From: a virus
Lineage: Duplodnaviria; Caudoviricetes
DNA: 28,926 bases
IMG/VR virus record: IMGVR_UViG_3300007345_000180
Location: 1-28,926 of that record
Direction: 5' to 3' (one strand)
Positions 15,986-25,581 of the stretch are shown here, piece after piece. The position numbers and the translations under genes are program-made. The notes beneath the pieces were generated by a model, which saw only the letters and a program-made list of their open reading frames with translations, was not told the origin of the DNA and ran no database searches. Position 1 is the first letter of the stretch; the number at the start of each line of letters is the position of its first letter.

Positions 15986-17290
15986 ATGACAACTCCTAAT
16001 GGTGCAATTGTATTTCACGCCACATCTGGATCAGACACTCAAGCAAGTGGGCTTGGGCCTTCAACGGCAGTATATGGCAGTGGTGCGTCTACTGATGGAA
16101 CGGCGGTTGTCACGGGCATTACCACCACTGGAGTATCTGCTGGGGATTTGCTCTGGGTGCAGACTGCAAGCGGTCGGCAGTTTTCAATTATTGCCAGTGT
16201 TGATAGCAGCACGCAGGTGACTTGTGACGATACGTTTGCTCTAGGTGCTAGTCAGACTTGGGCGATTGGTGGGAAGAGAGCGACCCTAGATAACTCGGAC
16301 AGTCGACTTTTGTTTACCGCTGATGCCAAGCCGGGCTGGACGATTGAAACAGAGACAGACCAGAGCTTAACTAGTGCAATTGCTTGGACCGCTGACGGTG
16401 ACAGTACAGGCTGCATAACACTTAAAGGCAGTGATGCAACGACATTAAAAAAGATAAACCAGACAGCAAATGCAAACGGAATTACACTGACAATTGCCAA
16501 TTACGTTGCAATTAAAGATTTGCACATTGTCAGGTCGTCCGGAAGTAACGGTTATACGGCTATCGCGGCTAGAGGCATCCCGATGGTGTTTGAAAACGTC
16601 AAGATAGACAACTCCGGCGGTAATAGTTGGAACCACGGGATTACTCGCAACGGCGGGAATCCTGTGATAACGATGCTGAGGGTAGTTGTCACTAACTGCG
16701 TTTTGGATGGGATCAGCGATGCAGGCGGCGGGGTTGGTGGCGTTGTGTCTGATAGCATTTTCGCAAATAACGGAGGTGACGGTGTAGCGGCAGGCATTTA
16801 TGCACTGACTCTAAGTCGCTGCCTGATTTACGGCAACGGGGCCTATGGAGTTGTATCCAGTCAATATCAGATTAATGTTTCAAATTGCGTCATTCACGGC
16901 AATACGTCAGATGGTATTAACCTTTCAGGAGTAGCTAATTCTGTGGTGGGGTGCGTTCTGTCTGGTAATGGAGGTTACGGTATTAACGTGGACAGTTCAT
17001 GGGCCTTGGGCAGCGTTGAGGACTTTAATGCCTTCTACAACAACACAACCGGAGAAGTCAACAACATCACGAAGGGACCTAGTGACGTCACGTTAACCGC
17101 CGATCCGTTTACCGATACTGCAACGGATGACTACACAATTAACACAACAGCCGGTGGTGGTTCCACTTTACGTTCTACAGCAATCACCCTCGGCTCTACT
17201 GAGACTCGTCCATTCCGCTGGCTTGACGCTGCTGCCGCAGGTGTTGCCGCAGTCTTCTCTTACATGGCTAACTTCACAAGGCTGGGCTAA
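15986..17290 (+). CDS. Right-handed parallel beta-helix protein, candidate receptor-binding/decoration protein
   Basis: Repeated C.I.GN..YG(I/V) rungs and a DPF.D....DY cap. Confidence 0.8.
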   Translation: MTTPNGAIVFHATSGSDTQASGLGPSTAVYGSGASTDGTAVVTGITTTGVSAGDLLWVQTASGRQFSIIASVDSSTQVTCDDTFALGASQTWAIGGKRATLDNSDSRLLFTADAKPGWTIETETDQSLTSAIAWTADGDSTGCITLKGSDATTLKKINQTANANGITLTIANYVAIKDLHIVRSSGSNGYTAIAARGIPMVFENVKIDNSGGNSWNHGITRNGGNPVITMLRVVVTNCVLDGISDAGGGVGGVVSDSIFANNGGDGVAAGIYALTLSRCLIYGNGAYGVVSSQYQINVSNCVIHGNTSDGINLSGVANSVVGCVLSGNGGYGINVDSSWALGSVEDFNAFYNNTTGEVNNITKGPSDVTLTADPFTDTATDDYTINTTAGGGSTLRSTAITLGSTETRPFRWLDAAAAGVAAVFSYMANFTRLG

Positions 17291-19566
17291 TGTCGTTCAC
17301 CAATCCATATCCCGCCAGTCGGCTCACGGTCGATGCTACAAACAGCCTGTCGTCCGGGCTCGTGGGCTTCTGGCCCCTGACCGATGGTACGGGTACGACG
17401 GCGAAGGATATTAGTACGGGTGCGAATGATGGGACTGCGAGTGGTACGGTCAATTGGCTTAGTGGCGATATCGGGATGGCTGCTGACTTTGCTAGCGTAA
17501 CTGGCTATTTCGACACTGGTGCTGGAACTAGTACGCTTGGCATCTCGGGTGGGTCCACCGCATCAATCTCTGCGTGGGTTAATTACACAACTGGCGGAAG
17601 TATTACGCAGAATGTGTTTGGCGACTTAGGTAGCGGTGGTGTGGCTCCAAATTTTGGCATGTATATTGGGCCTTGGCCTTCTTTCGTAGATGTTTGGCGT
17701 AACGAAGCTAATGCAAGATTTACATCTGTAACATTTAGTGGATGGATGCACTTCGTTGCTGTATATGACACATCAAACATATACCTATACATCAACGGAT
17801 CACTTCATGGCACGATTGCAAGTTCAGGTAGTATTAACGCTTCTACCGGGAACTGCATGATTGGCAACCAACCTGCCAATAACAGGAACCTTGAAGGGCA
17901 AGAGCAAAACGTCCGCATCTACAACCGTGCCTTATCCGCCACAGAAGTAGCCACCCTCTATAACCGCCCGTGGGAAGGCACCAACTACGGCACGCTTTGG
18001 CCTTACAGTCCTCCAGCCCCGGCAGATGCTACGCTCAGTACTGATACTGCGGCGACGAGTTTGAACGTCGATTTAGAAGGATGGTGGTTATGCACTGACA
18101 ATACTGGCACGACGCTGGTTGATATATCAGGCAATGGGCGAGATGCGACGTTGACTGGTACTAATAGCTGGGTGGCTGATTCTGTAGGGACTGTTAATAG
18201 GTTTGATAACAGTTCAGGCGGGGGGAGTAGTGCAAGTACAACAGACTATCAAATAAGTCTATCAACCTACACCATTGCACTCTGGGTTAATCATGAGGAA
18301 GCTGGGCTTGCATCTGGGAATAAATACGGCGGTGGACTTTCTTTAACTAATGGTAATTCAGCGTCATTGCAGTCAGATGTTGAGTTCTATTTCAATCCAA
18401 GTAGCACTAGTGGTGGTCAATGGCCACAGGTGGTTCATAACAGGTCAAATGGAGGCACGATTGGTTTATGGAGTAGGGCAGAGTCGGCTAAGACATCAGA
18501 GAATGGCGTCTGGAGATTTTATGTTTTAACCTACGACGGCACAAATGCGAGGTTTTACAAAGACGCAGTTTTGGCGGGAACGTCATCATCCTTGGCGGCA
18601 CCGATATCTACAACCGGCAAGCACTTAAATATAGCCACTAATCGCGACCCTGATGGCATCACCTGCTCAATGCAGAACATTAGGCTCTATTCGAGGGCCT
18701 TGTCAGCAGATGAAATCACCATCCTCTACGAACGACCGTGGGAGGGTATCGAATATGGCGATGCTTTCCACTACGATCCGCCCACACCTGCCAATCTCAC
18801 TCCGCTCACATCAGATTCCATAAACAATTCACAAATTGGCTGGTGGCCCCTCACCGAAACGGATGATTACGCGAGCGGGGCGGCTGATATTAGTGGGAAT
18901 GGGAATAACGGTACTCAGTCTGGCGGCGTGTTGAGCGAGGTGAGTCGGCTGGGTGGTGTTGCTAGTTTTGATGGCGTAAATGACATCATTGATGCAAGTG
19001 CTTACACGATAGCGTCTACATCATCTATGACTATGGCTGGATGGATCAGATACACCTCAACCGTAGGTTCTGTTTGCGTTTTGAATATCTGCAACGCTGG
19101 TGGTGGCACTACTGCTCAATACACCAGAAATATAGCCATCAACTCAAGCGGAAATGCGTCGTGTAATGTCCAGAGTGGAACAGCTATCGCACAGGCGGTT
19201 GGCTCAACCGTGTTTGATATTGGAGAGTGGTACTTCGTAGTAGGTACGTTTGACAAGGTGGGTACTAGCTATGATGTCGAGATATTCGTCAACGGAGTGA
19301 GCGAGGCAACTGCTTCTGGCACTGGTTCTGAACTAACACCGTATACGAACACATGTATCGGAGGTGCTAGAAGATATAATAATGCGATTACGGCTGTAGA
19401 ACCTTGCGAGATTCATAATGTCAGACTTTGGGATAGAGCCTTAACCGCAGATGAAGTATGGGATATCTACGCGAATCCGTGGCTAGGCAGTGCATATACG
19501 GCAACCCCATCCGCCGTTTTATACAATTACATATTACGTTCTAAACGATTTAGGAGGCTAAGTTAA
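17290..19566 (+). CDS. Triple LamG/concanavalin A-like domain protein
   Basis: Three modules, each G.W.L....DIS(G/T)...G ... NVR(I/L)Y.RALSA.E(V/I), joined by RPWEG..YG...PP.PA linkers. Confidence 0.88.
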   Translation: MSFTNPYPASRLTVDATNSLSSGLVGFWPLTDGTGTTAKDISTGANDGTASGTVNWLSGDIGMAADFASVTGYFDTGAGTSTLGISGGSTASISAWVNYTTGGSITQNVFGDLGSGGVAPNFGMYIGPWPSFVDVWRNEANARFTSVTFSGWMHFVAVYDTSNIYLYINGSLHGTIASSGSINASTGNCMIGNQPANNRNLEGQEQNVRIYNRALSATEVATLYNRPWEGTNYGTLWPYSPPAPADATLSTDTAATSLNVDLEGWWLCTDNTGTTLVDISGNGRDATLTGTNSWVADSVGTVNRFDNSSGGGSSASTTDYQISLSTYTIALWVNHEEAGLASGNKYGGGLSLTNGNSASLQSDVEFYFNPSSTSGGQWPQVVHNRSNGGTIGLWSRAESAKTSENGVWRFYVLTYDGTNARFYKDAVLAGTSSSLAAPISTTGKHLNIATNRDPDGITCSMQNIRLYSRALSADEITILYERPWEGIEYGDAFHYDPPTPANLTPLTSDSINNSQIGWWPLTETDDYASGAADISGNGNNGTQSGGVLSEVSRLGGVASFDGVNDIIDASAYTIASTSSMTMAGWIRYTSTVGSVCVLNICNAGGGTTAQYTRNIAINSSGNASCNVQSGTAIAQAVGSTVFDIGEWYFVVGTFDKVGTSYDVEIFVNGVSEATASGTGSELTPYTNTCIGGARRYNNAITAVEPCEIHNVRLWDRALTADEVWDIYANPWLGSAYTATPSAVLYNYILRSKRFRRLS

Positions 19567-21066
19567 ATGGCTACTTCGGGAGCGTATTACAATACGGCAT
19601 TTTCATTTAACTATAGCTTCGTGGATTCGGCAGATCCCACGCTATTGTTTACTGGGACACTGAATAACACTGACATCACCGTTTACAAAAGAACTGGTGG
19701 AACAACGGTCAGCCCTGGCACATTGACTACGTCTGTACCTGCTGGTTCTGGTGGCGTTTACACGATCACTGTTACTGCTGGTGAGATGCAGTGCGATGAG
19801 GTAGTGCTTGTCTGTGCTGCAAGTGGCATGGTCAAAGAGTCGATTGCAATTACCACTGAGCCAACTCCGGCTGATGTTCTGGAAGTGCAGAAGACTGCTG
19901 TAAGTGGCATTGCTGATTTCCGAGCAACTGGGTTCAGTACGTTTGATCATACAACCAATCAAGTGATTGTTGCGACCAACAATGATAAGACTGGTTACAC
20001 GATCAATGGAACATTGCAAACACTCGATGCGTTGGATACCCAACAGGACTTGCAACACAGTACAACCCAATCAGCCATCTCTGCACTTAACAACTTCAAT
20101 CCTGCATCAGATCAGGTGATCGTTGCTACGAACAACGACAAGACTGGCTATTCAATCACTGGTACGCTTACTACGCTTGATGCTCTGGATACTGCTCAAG
20201 ATATTCAACACGCTACTACACAATCTGCTATTAGCGGATTGAATGACATCGCAGCCACCGACATTGTATCGGCGGGACCGATTACTACTCTGAGTGGTGC
20301 AGTTGTTAACGTGGACCTCGTAGATGTTACGACCACAAATACAGACATGCGGGGAACTGATGGTGCCTACACAGGTACTCCAGCGACGGCAGGGCAGATT
20401 GCAGATGCGGTTTGGGACGAGAGCTATGCTGCCCACAGCATTGCTGGGTCATTCGGCAAGCTGATGGACATCATCCGCAAGGCGAATCTATCCACTGAGG
20501 GTACTGTAGCCGGTACTCCAACTGCCTCTGCATTTGACACAAATCTCACTCAGGCAAATGATACATTCAATGCTCAGTTGATTTTGTTTGTTAGCGGTTC
20601 CCTCACTGGAGTATCTGCTCCAATCTTAGACTACGCTCAAACAAACGGACGTATCACTCTTGAAGAATCATTGCCAGCAACTCCGACGGCATCAGACGAG
20701 TTTGTGATTCTGCCCGATCATGTTCATCCGATCACCGAAATTCAGAACGGTCTAGCGACCTCTGCGGCACTGGCAACAGTCGATGCCAATGTGGACTCCA
20801 TACTCGCGGACACATCGACAGACGGTGTTGTGATTTCTACTGCCCAGGCACAAGCGATTGCAGACGAAGTGCTGAAACGATCTGTTGGCAACGTAGAAGG
20901 TGCTTCTTTGTCTGAGCATAGTCTTGCGACCATCGTTCTGGCGATCCTAGAAAGTCAGAGGGTTGGCTCTACTTGGTCGATTTATAGAACTGATGGAACT
21001 ACGGTTCAGGCCAGTAAAACATTGACGCTAGATCCCTCCGCTGAACCTGTAACACGGGTGCAATAA
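19567..21066 (+). CDS. Fibre-like structural protein with internal 51-aa duplication
   Basis: Thr/Ala/Asp-rich, with NNDKTGY and IADAVWDE motifs typical of phage fibre proteins. AGGAGG SD. Confidence 0.75.
   Translation: MATSGAYYNTAFSFNYSFVDSADPTLLFTGTLNNTDITVYKRTGGTTVSPGTLTTSVPAGSGGVYTITVTAGEMQCDEVVLVCAASGMVKESIAITTEPTPADVLEVQKTAVSGIADFRATGFSTFDHTTNQVIVATNNDKTGYTINGTLQTLDALDTQQDLQHSTTQSAISALNNFNPASDQVIVATNNDKTGYSITGTLTTLDALDTAQDIQHATTQSAISGLNDIAATDIVSAGPITTLSGAVVNVDLVDVTTTNTDMRGTDGAYTGTPATAGQIADAVWDESYAAHSIAGSFGKLMDIIRKANLSTEGTVAGTPTASAFDTNLTQANDTFNAQLILFVSGSLTGVSAPILDYAQTNGRITLEESLPATPTASDEFVILPDHVHPITEIQNGLATSAALATVDANVDSILADTSTDGVVISTAQAQAIADEVLKRSVGNVEGASLSEHSLATIVLAILESQRVGSTWSIYRTDGTTVQASKTLTLDPSAEPVTRVQ
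19960..20244 (+). repeat. Tandem 153-nt (51-aa) intragenic repeat
   Basis: QVIVATNNDKTGY.I.GTL.TLDALDT.QD.QH.TTQSAIS.LN starts at 19960 and 20113. The copies are diverged at synonymous sites. Confidence 0.9.
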
Positions 21067-21242
21067 TGTTAATTTGGGAATGGGTATTTGGATGGATTAG
21101 CGGTGAGATAACCATATTCGATAGAGTGGGTTATGTCATAAGGCCGTCGAATATACAGCCTAAAAGGGCGATTGTCAGTAGATTTGGCCGTGTTGTTTTG
21201 CGAAGCGATAACAAGAAAATTATATTGAGGGCGAGACATTGA
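21066..21242 (+). CDS. Small basic protein, 58 aa, not in ORF track
   Basis: MLIWEWVFGWISGEITIFDRVGYVIRPSNIQPKRAIVSRFGRVVLRSDNKKIILRARH*. TAATG overlap upstream and TTGA overlap downstream. Confidence 0.7.
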   Translation: MLIWEWVFGWISGEITIFDRVGYVIRPSNIQPKRAIVSRFGRVVLRSDNKKIILRARH

Positions 21243-21598
21243 GCGATCAGTATTACCCTAACGCGACCGCAAACATAGGGTCAAATCAAATAGTCACACT
21301 CTACCTGGGAGACTACCTTTCAAGTGGAGAATCTGTCGATTCAGTTGTATCCGTAACCGAAGTTTCCGGTAAGACTGGGCTGTCAATCGCTAATACCCAG
21401 GTAAACACGGTTGCTGACTATAGTGAGCCTGATTTTGATATCGACATTGGAGACGCTGTTCAGTTTCAGCTTTCAACTTCAAGCACTGTCCCTATAACCT
21501 ATTTAGTTAAGGTTGTGGCTTTAACGAATGGAACACCCGCACAGACAATCACTGAATTCTTTTATTACAGCTTTATCGAGCCTTGTGAGGTAGAGTAA
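21239..21598 (+). CDS. Putative fibre/virion adaptor protein
   Basis: L..GE.V.S...V...L.I...VN...G.AVQF..S...Y.V pattern recalled from small phage adaptor proteins. TTG start with GAGG SD. Confidence 0.55.
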   Translation: MSDQYYPNATANIGSNQIVTLYLGDYLSSGESVDSVVSVTEVSGKTGLSIANTQVNTVADYSEPDFDIDIGDAVQFQLSTSSTVPITYLVKVVALTNGTPAQTITEFFYYSFIEPCEVE

Positions 21599-22833
21599 TG
21601 CCTGGGTGGTATCCATGTTGCTGCGGCGAAGATGGTGTTTTCACATCGGATTGCGGCAAGGTATGTCTAAGCATTACAGGAGCGACGATTAACCCCGCAT
21701 CTGTATGCTCGGGGTATACCGACCTAGATATTGATAGAGAAAATTTTGAAGTTGATTTAAAGAAACCACCAGGGGTAAATGAATTTACTGGGGCTTGCAA
21801 TAGCGGGTCGTTTGGACAGCCCACTCCATTCCCATATATTGCGTGGAGAAATTGTCTCGGTTTCCCTGGAGAAATGGGACCGGACATTTATCCTTATGGC
21901 GAAGCGTGCATTGGGTGTTTTCAATTACCTGGTAAGTTCCCCAATCTCGTATACCAGCCCAGCTACGGAACTCCAGCGGCCCCTGCAACGATTACATGCT
22001 TTGATGATGATCATCCAACCTGGGGATCGTACTGGAATCAGTGTACTGGCGGAGTTTATATCGACAGGGAAGGGTATGCATGGGTCACAATAGATAATAA
22101 GATTATCAATTGGCACACGAGCGGTCTTGGTGCCTCAAATTGGAGGAATTTTATCAATTGGCCTGCCTACTTTAAATCGACTCAAAAGGTCACAAATCCC
22201 TTTAAGTGTGAGCAGAACTTACAGTTTGACTTTGTATGTCAATCTGAACCTTGGGACGCCTATTATAAATCGGATGGCAGTGTCACTATCCCAATGCCTG
22301 TTGATTTCAGTGGTGCCACGATCACCATGAGGATGTCGAATTGCTTCAAGTGCAATTTTTGCACAAACTGCGAAGTTCCTACCGAGCTTTCAGCTGTTGT
22401 GTCAGGAATTACTAATGGGTCATGTTTGAATTGTAATTTGATAAGCGGAACTTGGTCATGTCCAAACTTTTCAACCTTTAGCAGTTCAATTGGTGAAATA
22501 TGCTCTTGGGGGTCGAGCTGCTATAACTGGGGAGCATATTCGGGTCCATGCGGCAATTATGCTGAAAGTGCCTCTATGGTTGTTCAGGGCGTGACTGAAT
22601 ATGTTGCTGGGGTGCCAACTAGAAAAATGAGGGCCTATCTGGATTTTTACAACAATATTGCAAATTGCAATCCTTTTGTCCAACCAATTTCAAGAGTAAT
22701 TTGGGAAAGGACATATGATCAAGATGGATTAGATTGTTCAAGCTTTGAGAATGAGCTTTTGTTCTATGTCTCAGCAAATAACACACCTTGTGATTTCTCA
22801 GGAAGCAGTGTGCTTGTTTCAGTGGTGCCGTAA
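21598..22833 (+). CDS. Cys-rich protein
   Basis: Starts MPGWYPCCC. 27 Cys in 411 aa by manual count. Coupled at both ends. Confidence 0.8.
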   Translation: MPGWYPCCCGEDGVFTSDCGKVCLSITGATINPASVCSGYTDLDIDRENFEVDLKKPPGVNEFTGACNSGSFGQPTPFPYIAWRNCLGFPGEMGPDIYPYGEACIGCFQLPGKFPNLVYQPSYGTPAAPATITCFDDDHPTWGSYWNQCTGGVYIDREGYAWVTIDNKIINWHTSGLGASNWRNFINWPAYFKSTQKVTNPFKCEQNLQFDFVCQSEPWDAYYKSDGSVTIPMPVDFSGATITMRMSNCFKCNFCTNCEVPTELSAVVSGITNGSCLNCNLISGTWSCPNFSTFSSSIGEICSWGSSCYNWGAYSGPCGNYAESASMVVQGVTEYVAGVPTRKMRAYLDFYNNIANCNPFVQPISRVIWERTYDQDGLDCSSFENELLFYVSANNTPCDFSGSSVLVSVVP

Positions 22834-23147
22834 TGATAGATGATTGGAAATGCCCGGATTGTGAATATCATATCAGAAATGTTCAGTACCCTGTCCGATG
22901 CAAGTGTGGCGGCACTTTCTTCCATAACTCCTGGGACGGCCCACCATCACGAGAAAGGGTTGAAAGCAGGGGGCTTGGCGATGAGGTTGCCAAGCTAACA
23001 AAGGCCGTTGGGATTAAGCCATGCGGTGCATGTAAGAAGCGGCAACAGAAACTAAATGAGCTGGTGCCGAAGGAGGGGTCATGGGCAAATACAGCAAGAC
23101 AGCTAATAAAGCAGGTGACGAGCGGAGGAAAAAGCAAGCCGAATTAA
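22833..23147 (+). CDS. Small Cys-motif phage protein (GLGD...PC..C..RQ..LN type)
   Basis: CPDC...CKC followed by SRGLGDEVAKLTKAVGIKPCGACKKRQQKLN. Confidence 0.75.
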   Translation: MIDDWKCPDCEYHIRNVQYPVRCKCGGTFFHNSWDGPPSRERVESRGLGDEVAKLTKAVGIKPCGACKKRQQKLNELVPKEGSWANTARQLIKQVTSGGKSKPN

Positions 23148-25171
23148 TGCGGCGGCAAAGAGCTGCAAGCATTGATCTTGATGTCATCCCAGCTCCAAAG
23201 AATCAAGAACGTCGCGATGACTGCGAGCGAAACTTTAGGTTGTTCTGTGAACAATACAGGCCAGAGGTCTTCCATTTCGGCTGGTCCGATGATCACCTTA
23301 AGGTCATCGAAAGCATAGAGCAGATCGTATTAAATGGAGGGCTGATGGCCCTTGCAATGCCACGAGGGACAGGGAAAACCACCCTATCTATCACGGCAGC
23401 TATGTGGGCTTTGTTGTATGGACACAGGAGGTGGGTTTGCCTTGTTGGTGCAACTGGCGGCAAGGCAGAAGCTTTGTTGAAAAGTATAAAGACCGAGCTG
23501 AGATTTAACCCTTCGCTGTTTGAGGACTTCCCAGAGGTTTGCGTTCCAATTAGGGCTCTTGAGGGAAGGCCAGCTAGAACTGTTTCCCAGACAGTTCAGG
23601 GAGTGCCTACAGCAATCCAATGGAATATGGATAAGCTCGTCCTCCCCTCGATTGAAAATAGTACCAGTTCTGGGTCAACTGTCAGTGTTTGTGGCATTAC
23701 AGGAGACATTCGTGGGCAGCAAGAGACTACCATTGATGGTACGATTATCAGACCGGACCTATGCATTATCGACGACCCGCAAACTAGAGAATCTGCTGCT
23801 AGTGAAAAGCAGTGTAATGACCGCATTGAAACGATCCAAGGAGATATCCTCGGGCTCGCAGGACCGGGAGTAAAAATAGCATGTATCTTACCCTGCACTG
23901 TGATTCATCAATATGATGCAATTGATCGAATATTAGGTGACGAGTTTAAAGACTGGCGTTCATTCAGAACGAAGATGTTATACGGCAAAGCAAAGCATCC
24001 AGAGGAATGGGAGAAGTATGCGGTAGAACGAGACAGAATCATTTCTAACGACATTGACCTAAAGGTACTTAATGACTATTACCTTGAGCATCAGGAGTTG
24101 CTAGAAGAGGGATTGTACGCCTCGTGGCCGGAAAGAAAGAACGCTGATGAAGTGTCAGCAATACAACATGCTCAACATCTAAGGTTGAGGGATGAAAGAG
24201 CGTTCCTATCTGAATATCAGAATGAGCCTGAAGATCAGTCAGCAAAAGACATGATCACGGCAGATGAATTAAAAAGAAAAACTCATGATCTTGAGTTAGG
24301 TGTTGTTCCAGATGAGAGTGACACTCTGGTCGCTTTTGCTGATGTCCAGAAAGAAGCACTTTTCTGGATGGTAATGGCATTCTCGAAAAGGGACTTCACA
24401 GGCTGGGTTGTCGACTATGGACATTGGCCACAACAGCCCACAATGATGCAGAATTACAGAAATCTCAGAGTTAATGCATCTAGCTTGTATCCGGGAGAAT
24501 CGCTTGAGGTTGTCCTTCGAGGACAGATGGAGGGGCTTACAATATATTTGCTGGATAGGGCATGGACTACTGAGCAAGGTATGCCAAGGAAGGTCGATAG
24601 GATGCTCGTAGATGCAAACTGGGGGCAGTCGAGGGATGCAATCTACCAGTGGATATCAAGATCGCAATGGTCGCATCTTTTATTCCCATCGCATGGTAAA
24701 TTTGTTGGTGCATCCTCAGAGCCATTAAATGCCGGGCAGAAACCAAGTCCAACTAAATTTATTGGTACTCATTGGAGGATGACCATATCAAACGAAGTGA
24801 AAGTTAGATATTTCCTCTACGATGTAAACTTTTGGAAGACATATTCGCACGAGCGGTTGTCAACTGGGCTGTTTCAGGAAGGCAGTGTTAGCTTACCCAA
24901 GCCTCCATCTAAACACTATCATGACCAGCTTGTCAATAATCTGAGATCTGAATACCCGGTCACAGTTGAAGGTCGAGGTAGAACGGTTAAGGAATGGAAG
25001 TTAAAGCCTGGGGAAGACAATCACTTTTTTGATTGTTTTGTCGGATGTTATGTCGCCGCCTCTTCTTTAGGGTGTAGCGGCTCAGAAGAAGAGACTAAGT
25101 ACATTAACAGGAGTGGCAATGGCCAAAAGCAAAGACGACGACGCCGGATGGGATGGAAGCGGATTGAATAG
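23081..25171 (+). CDS. Terminase large subunit (GpA-like)
   Basis: Walker A AMPRGTGKTT and Walker B IIDDPQT. Nuclease domain FADVQ, VDANWG and NHFFDC. Lies upstream of the gpW-like gene and portal. Confidence 0.9.
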   Translation: MGKYSKTANKAGDERRKKQAELMRRQRAASIDLDVIPAPKNQERRDDCERNFRLFCEQYRPEVFHFGWSDDHLKVIESIEQIVLNGGLMALAMPRGTGKTTLSITAAMWALLYGHRRWVCLVGATGGKAEALLKSIKTELRFNPSLFEDFPEVCVPIRALEGRPARTVSQTVQGVPTAIQWNMDKLVLPSIENSTSSGSTVSVCGITGDIRGQQETTIDGTIIRPDLCIIDDPQTRESAASEKQCNDRIETIQGDILGLAGPGVKIACILPCTVIHQYDAIDRILGDEFKDWRSFRTKMLYGKAKHPEEWEKYAVERDRIISNDIDLKVLNDYYLEHQELLEEGLYASWPERKNADEVSAIQHAQHLRLRDERAFLSEYQNEPEDQSAKDMITADELKRKTHDLELGVVPDESDTLVAFADVQKEALFWMVMAFSKRDFTGWVVDYGHWPQQPTMMQNYRNLRVNASSLYPGESLEVVLRGQMEGLTIYLLDRAWTTEQGMPRKVDRMLVDANWGQSRDAIYQWISRSQWSHLLFPSHGKFVGASSEPLNAGQKPSPTKFIGTHWRMTISNEVKVRYFLYDVNFWKTYSHERLSTGLFQEGSVSLPKPPSKHYHDQLVNNLRSEYPVTVEGRGRTVKEWKLKPGEDNHFFDCFVGCYVAASSLGCSGSEEETKYINRSGNGQKQRRRRRMGWKRIE

Positions 25172-25445
25172 CATTTGGGGAAAGCCGAAGTTGTGCAAGG
25201 CTTGCGGTAGCCTGGGTCTAGTAGAAAAAGACAGGCTTGTAATTGGAACAACTAAAGGTGGGGTAGTAAAGGTTCAGGTTCGCTACAGGTGCGAGCGTTG
25301 CAATAAAGAATTCAATTCAGTAGTGGGTTATAATCATGGCGAAAAGCAAGCGGACGCAGGATCGGATCGACTTCGCGAAGGAGATGATCGAGGTTCTGAA
25401 GGAGAGATTGAAGGCATCGGCGGGGATACAGTCAGTGACAGCTGA
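25164..25445 (+). CDS. Zinc-ribbon protein (start uncertain: 25113, 25119 or TTG 25164)
   Basis: CKACGS...RYRCERCN. It fills the terminase-gpW gap but overlaps the gpW-like gene by 110 nt. Confidence 0.55.
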   Translation: MNSIWGKPKLCKACGSLGLVEKDRLVIGTTKGGVVKVQVRYRCERCNKEFNSVVGYNHGEKQADAGSDRLREGDDRGSEGEIEGIGGDTVSDS

Positions 25446-25581
25446 TGGCGTTTCAACTACGTTCGCAACGGGCGGATCAGAAAGCGTTCGGGCTCAACTT
25501 GAATACTGGGAAAAGGAACTTTCTCGTCTAACTAGGTCAGGTGGGGCGACAAGAACCATCGATCTTAGTGGAGGGCTGTAA
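25336..25581 (+). CDS. gpW-like head-tail joining protein
   Basis: Helix / SVTADGVSTTF hairpin / helix (LEYWEKEL) pattern. Sits immediately before a lambda-type portal. Confidence 0.7.
   Translation: MAKSKRTQDRIDFAKEMIEVLKERLKASAGIQSVTADGVSTTFATGGSESVRAQLEYWEKELSRLTRSGGATRTIDLSGGL

Noticed and set aside
19960-20244. 153-nt repeat as a possible DGR template/variable repeat or CRISPR-like array
   Set aside because: Both copies are in frame within one gene, differences are mostly synonymous rather than adenine-specific, there are no spacers, and no reverse transcriptase is visible.
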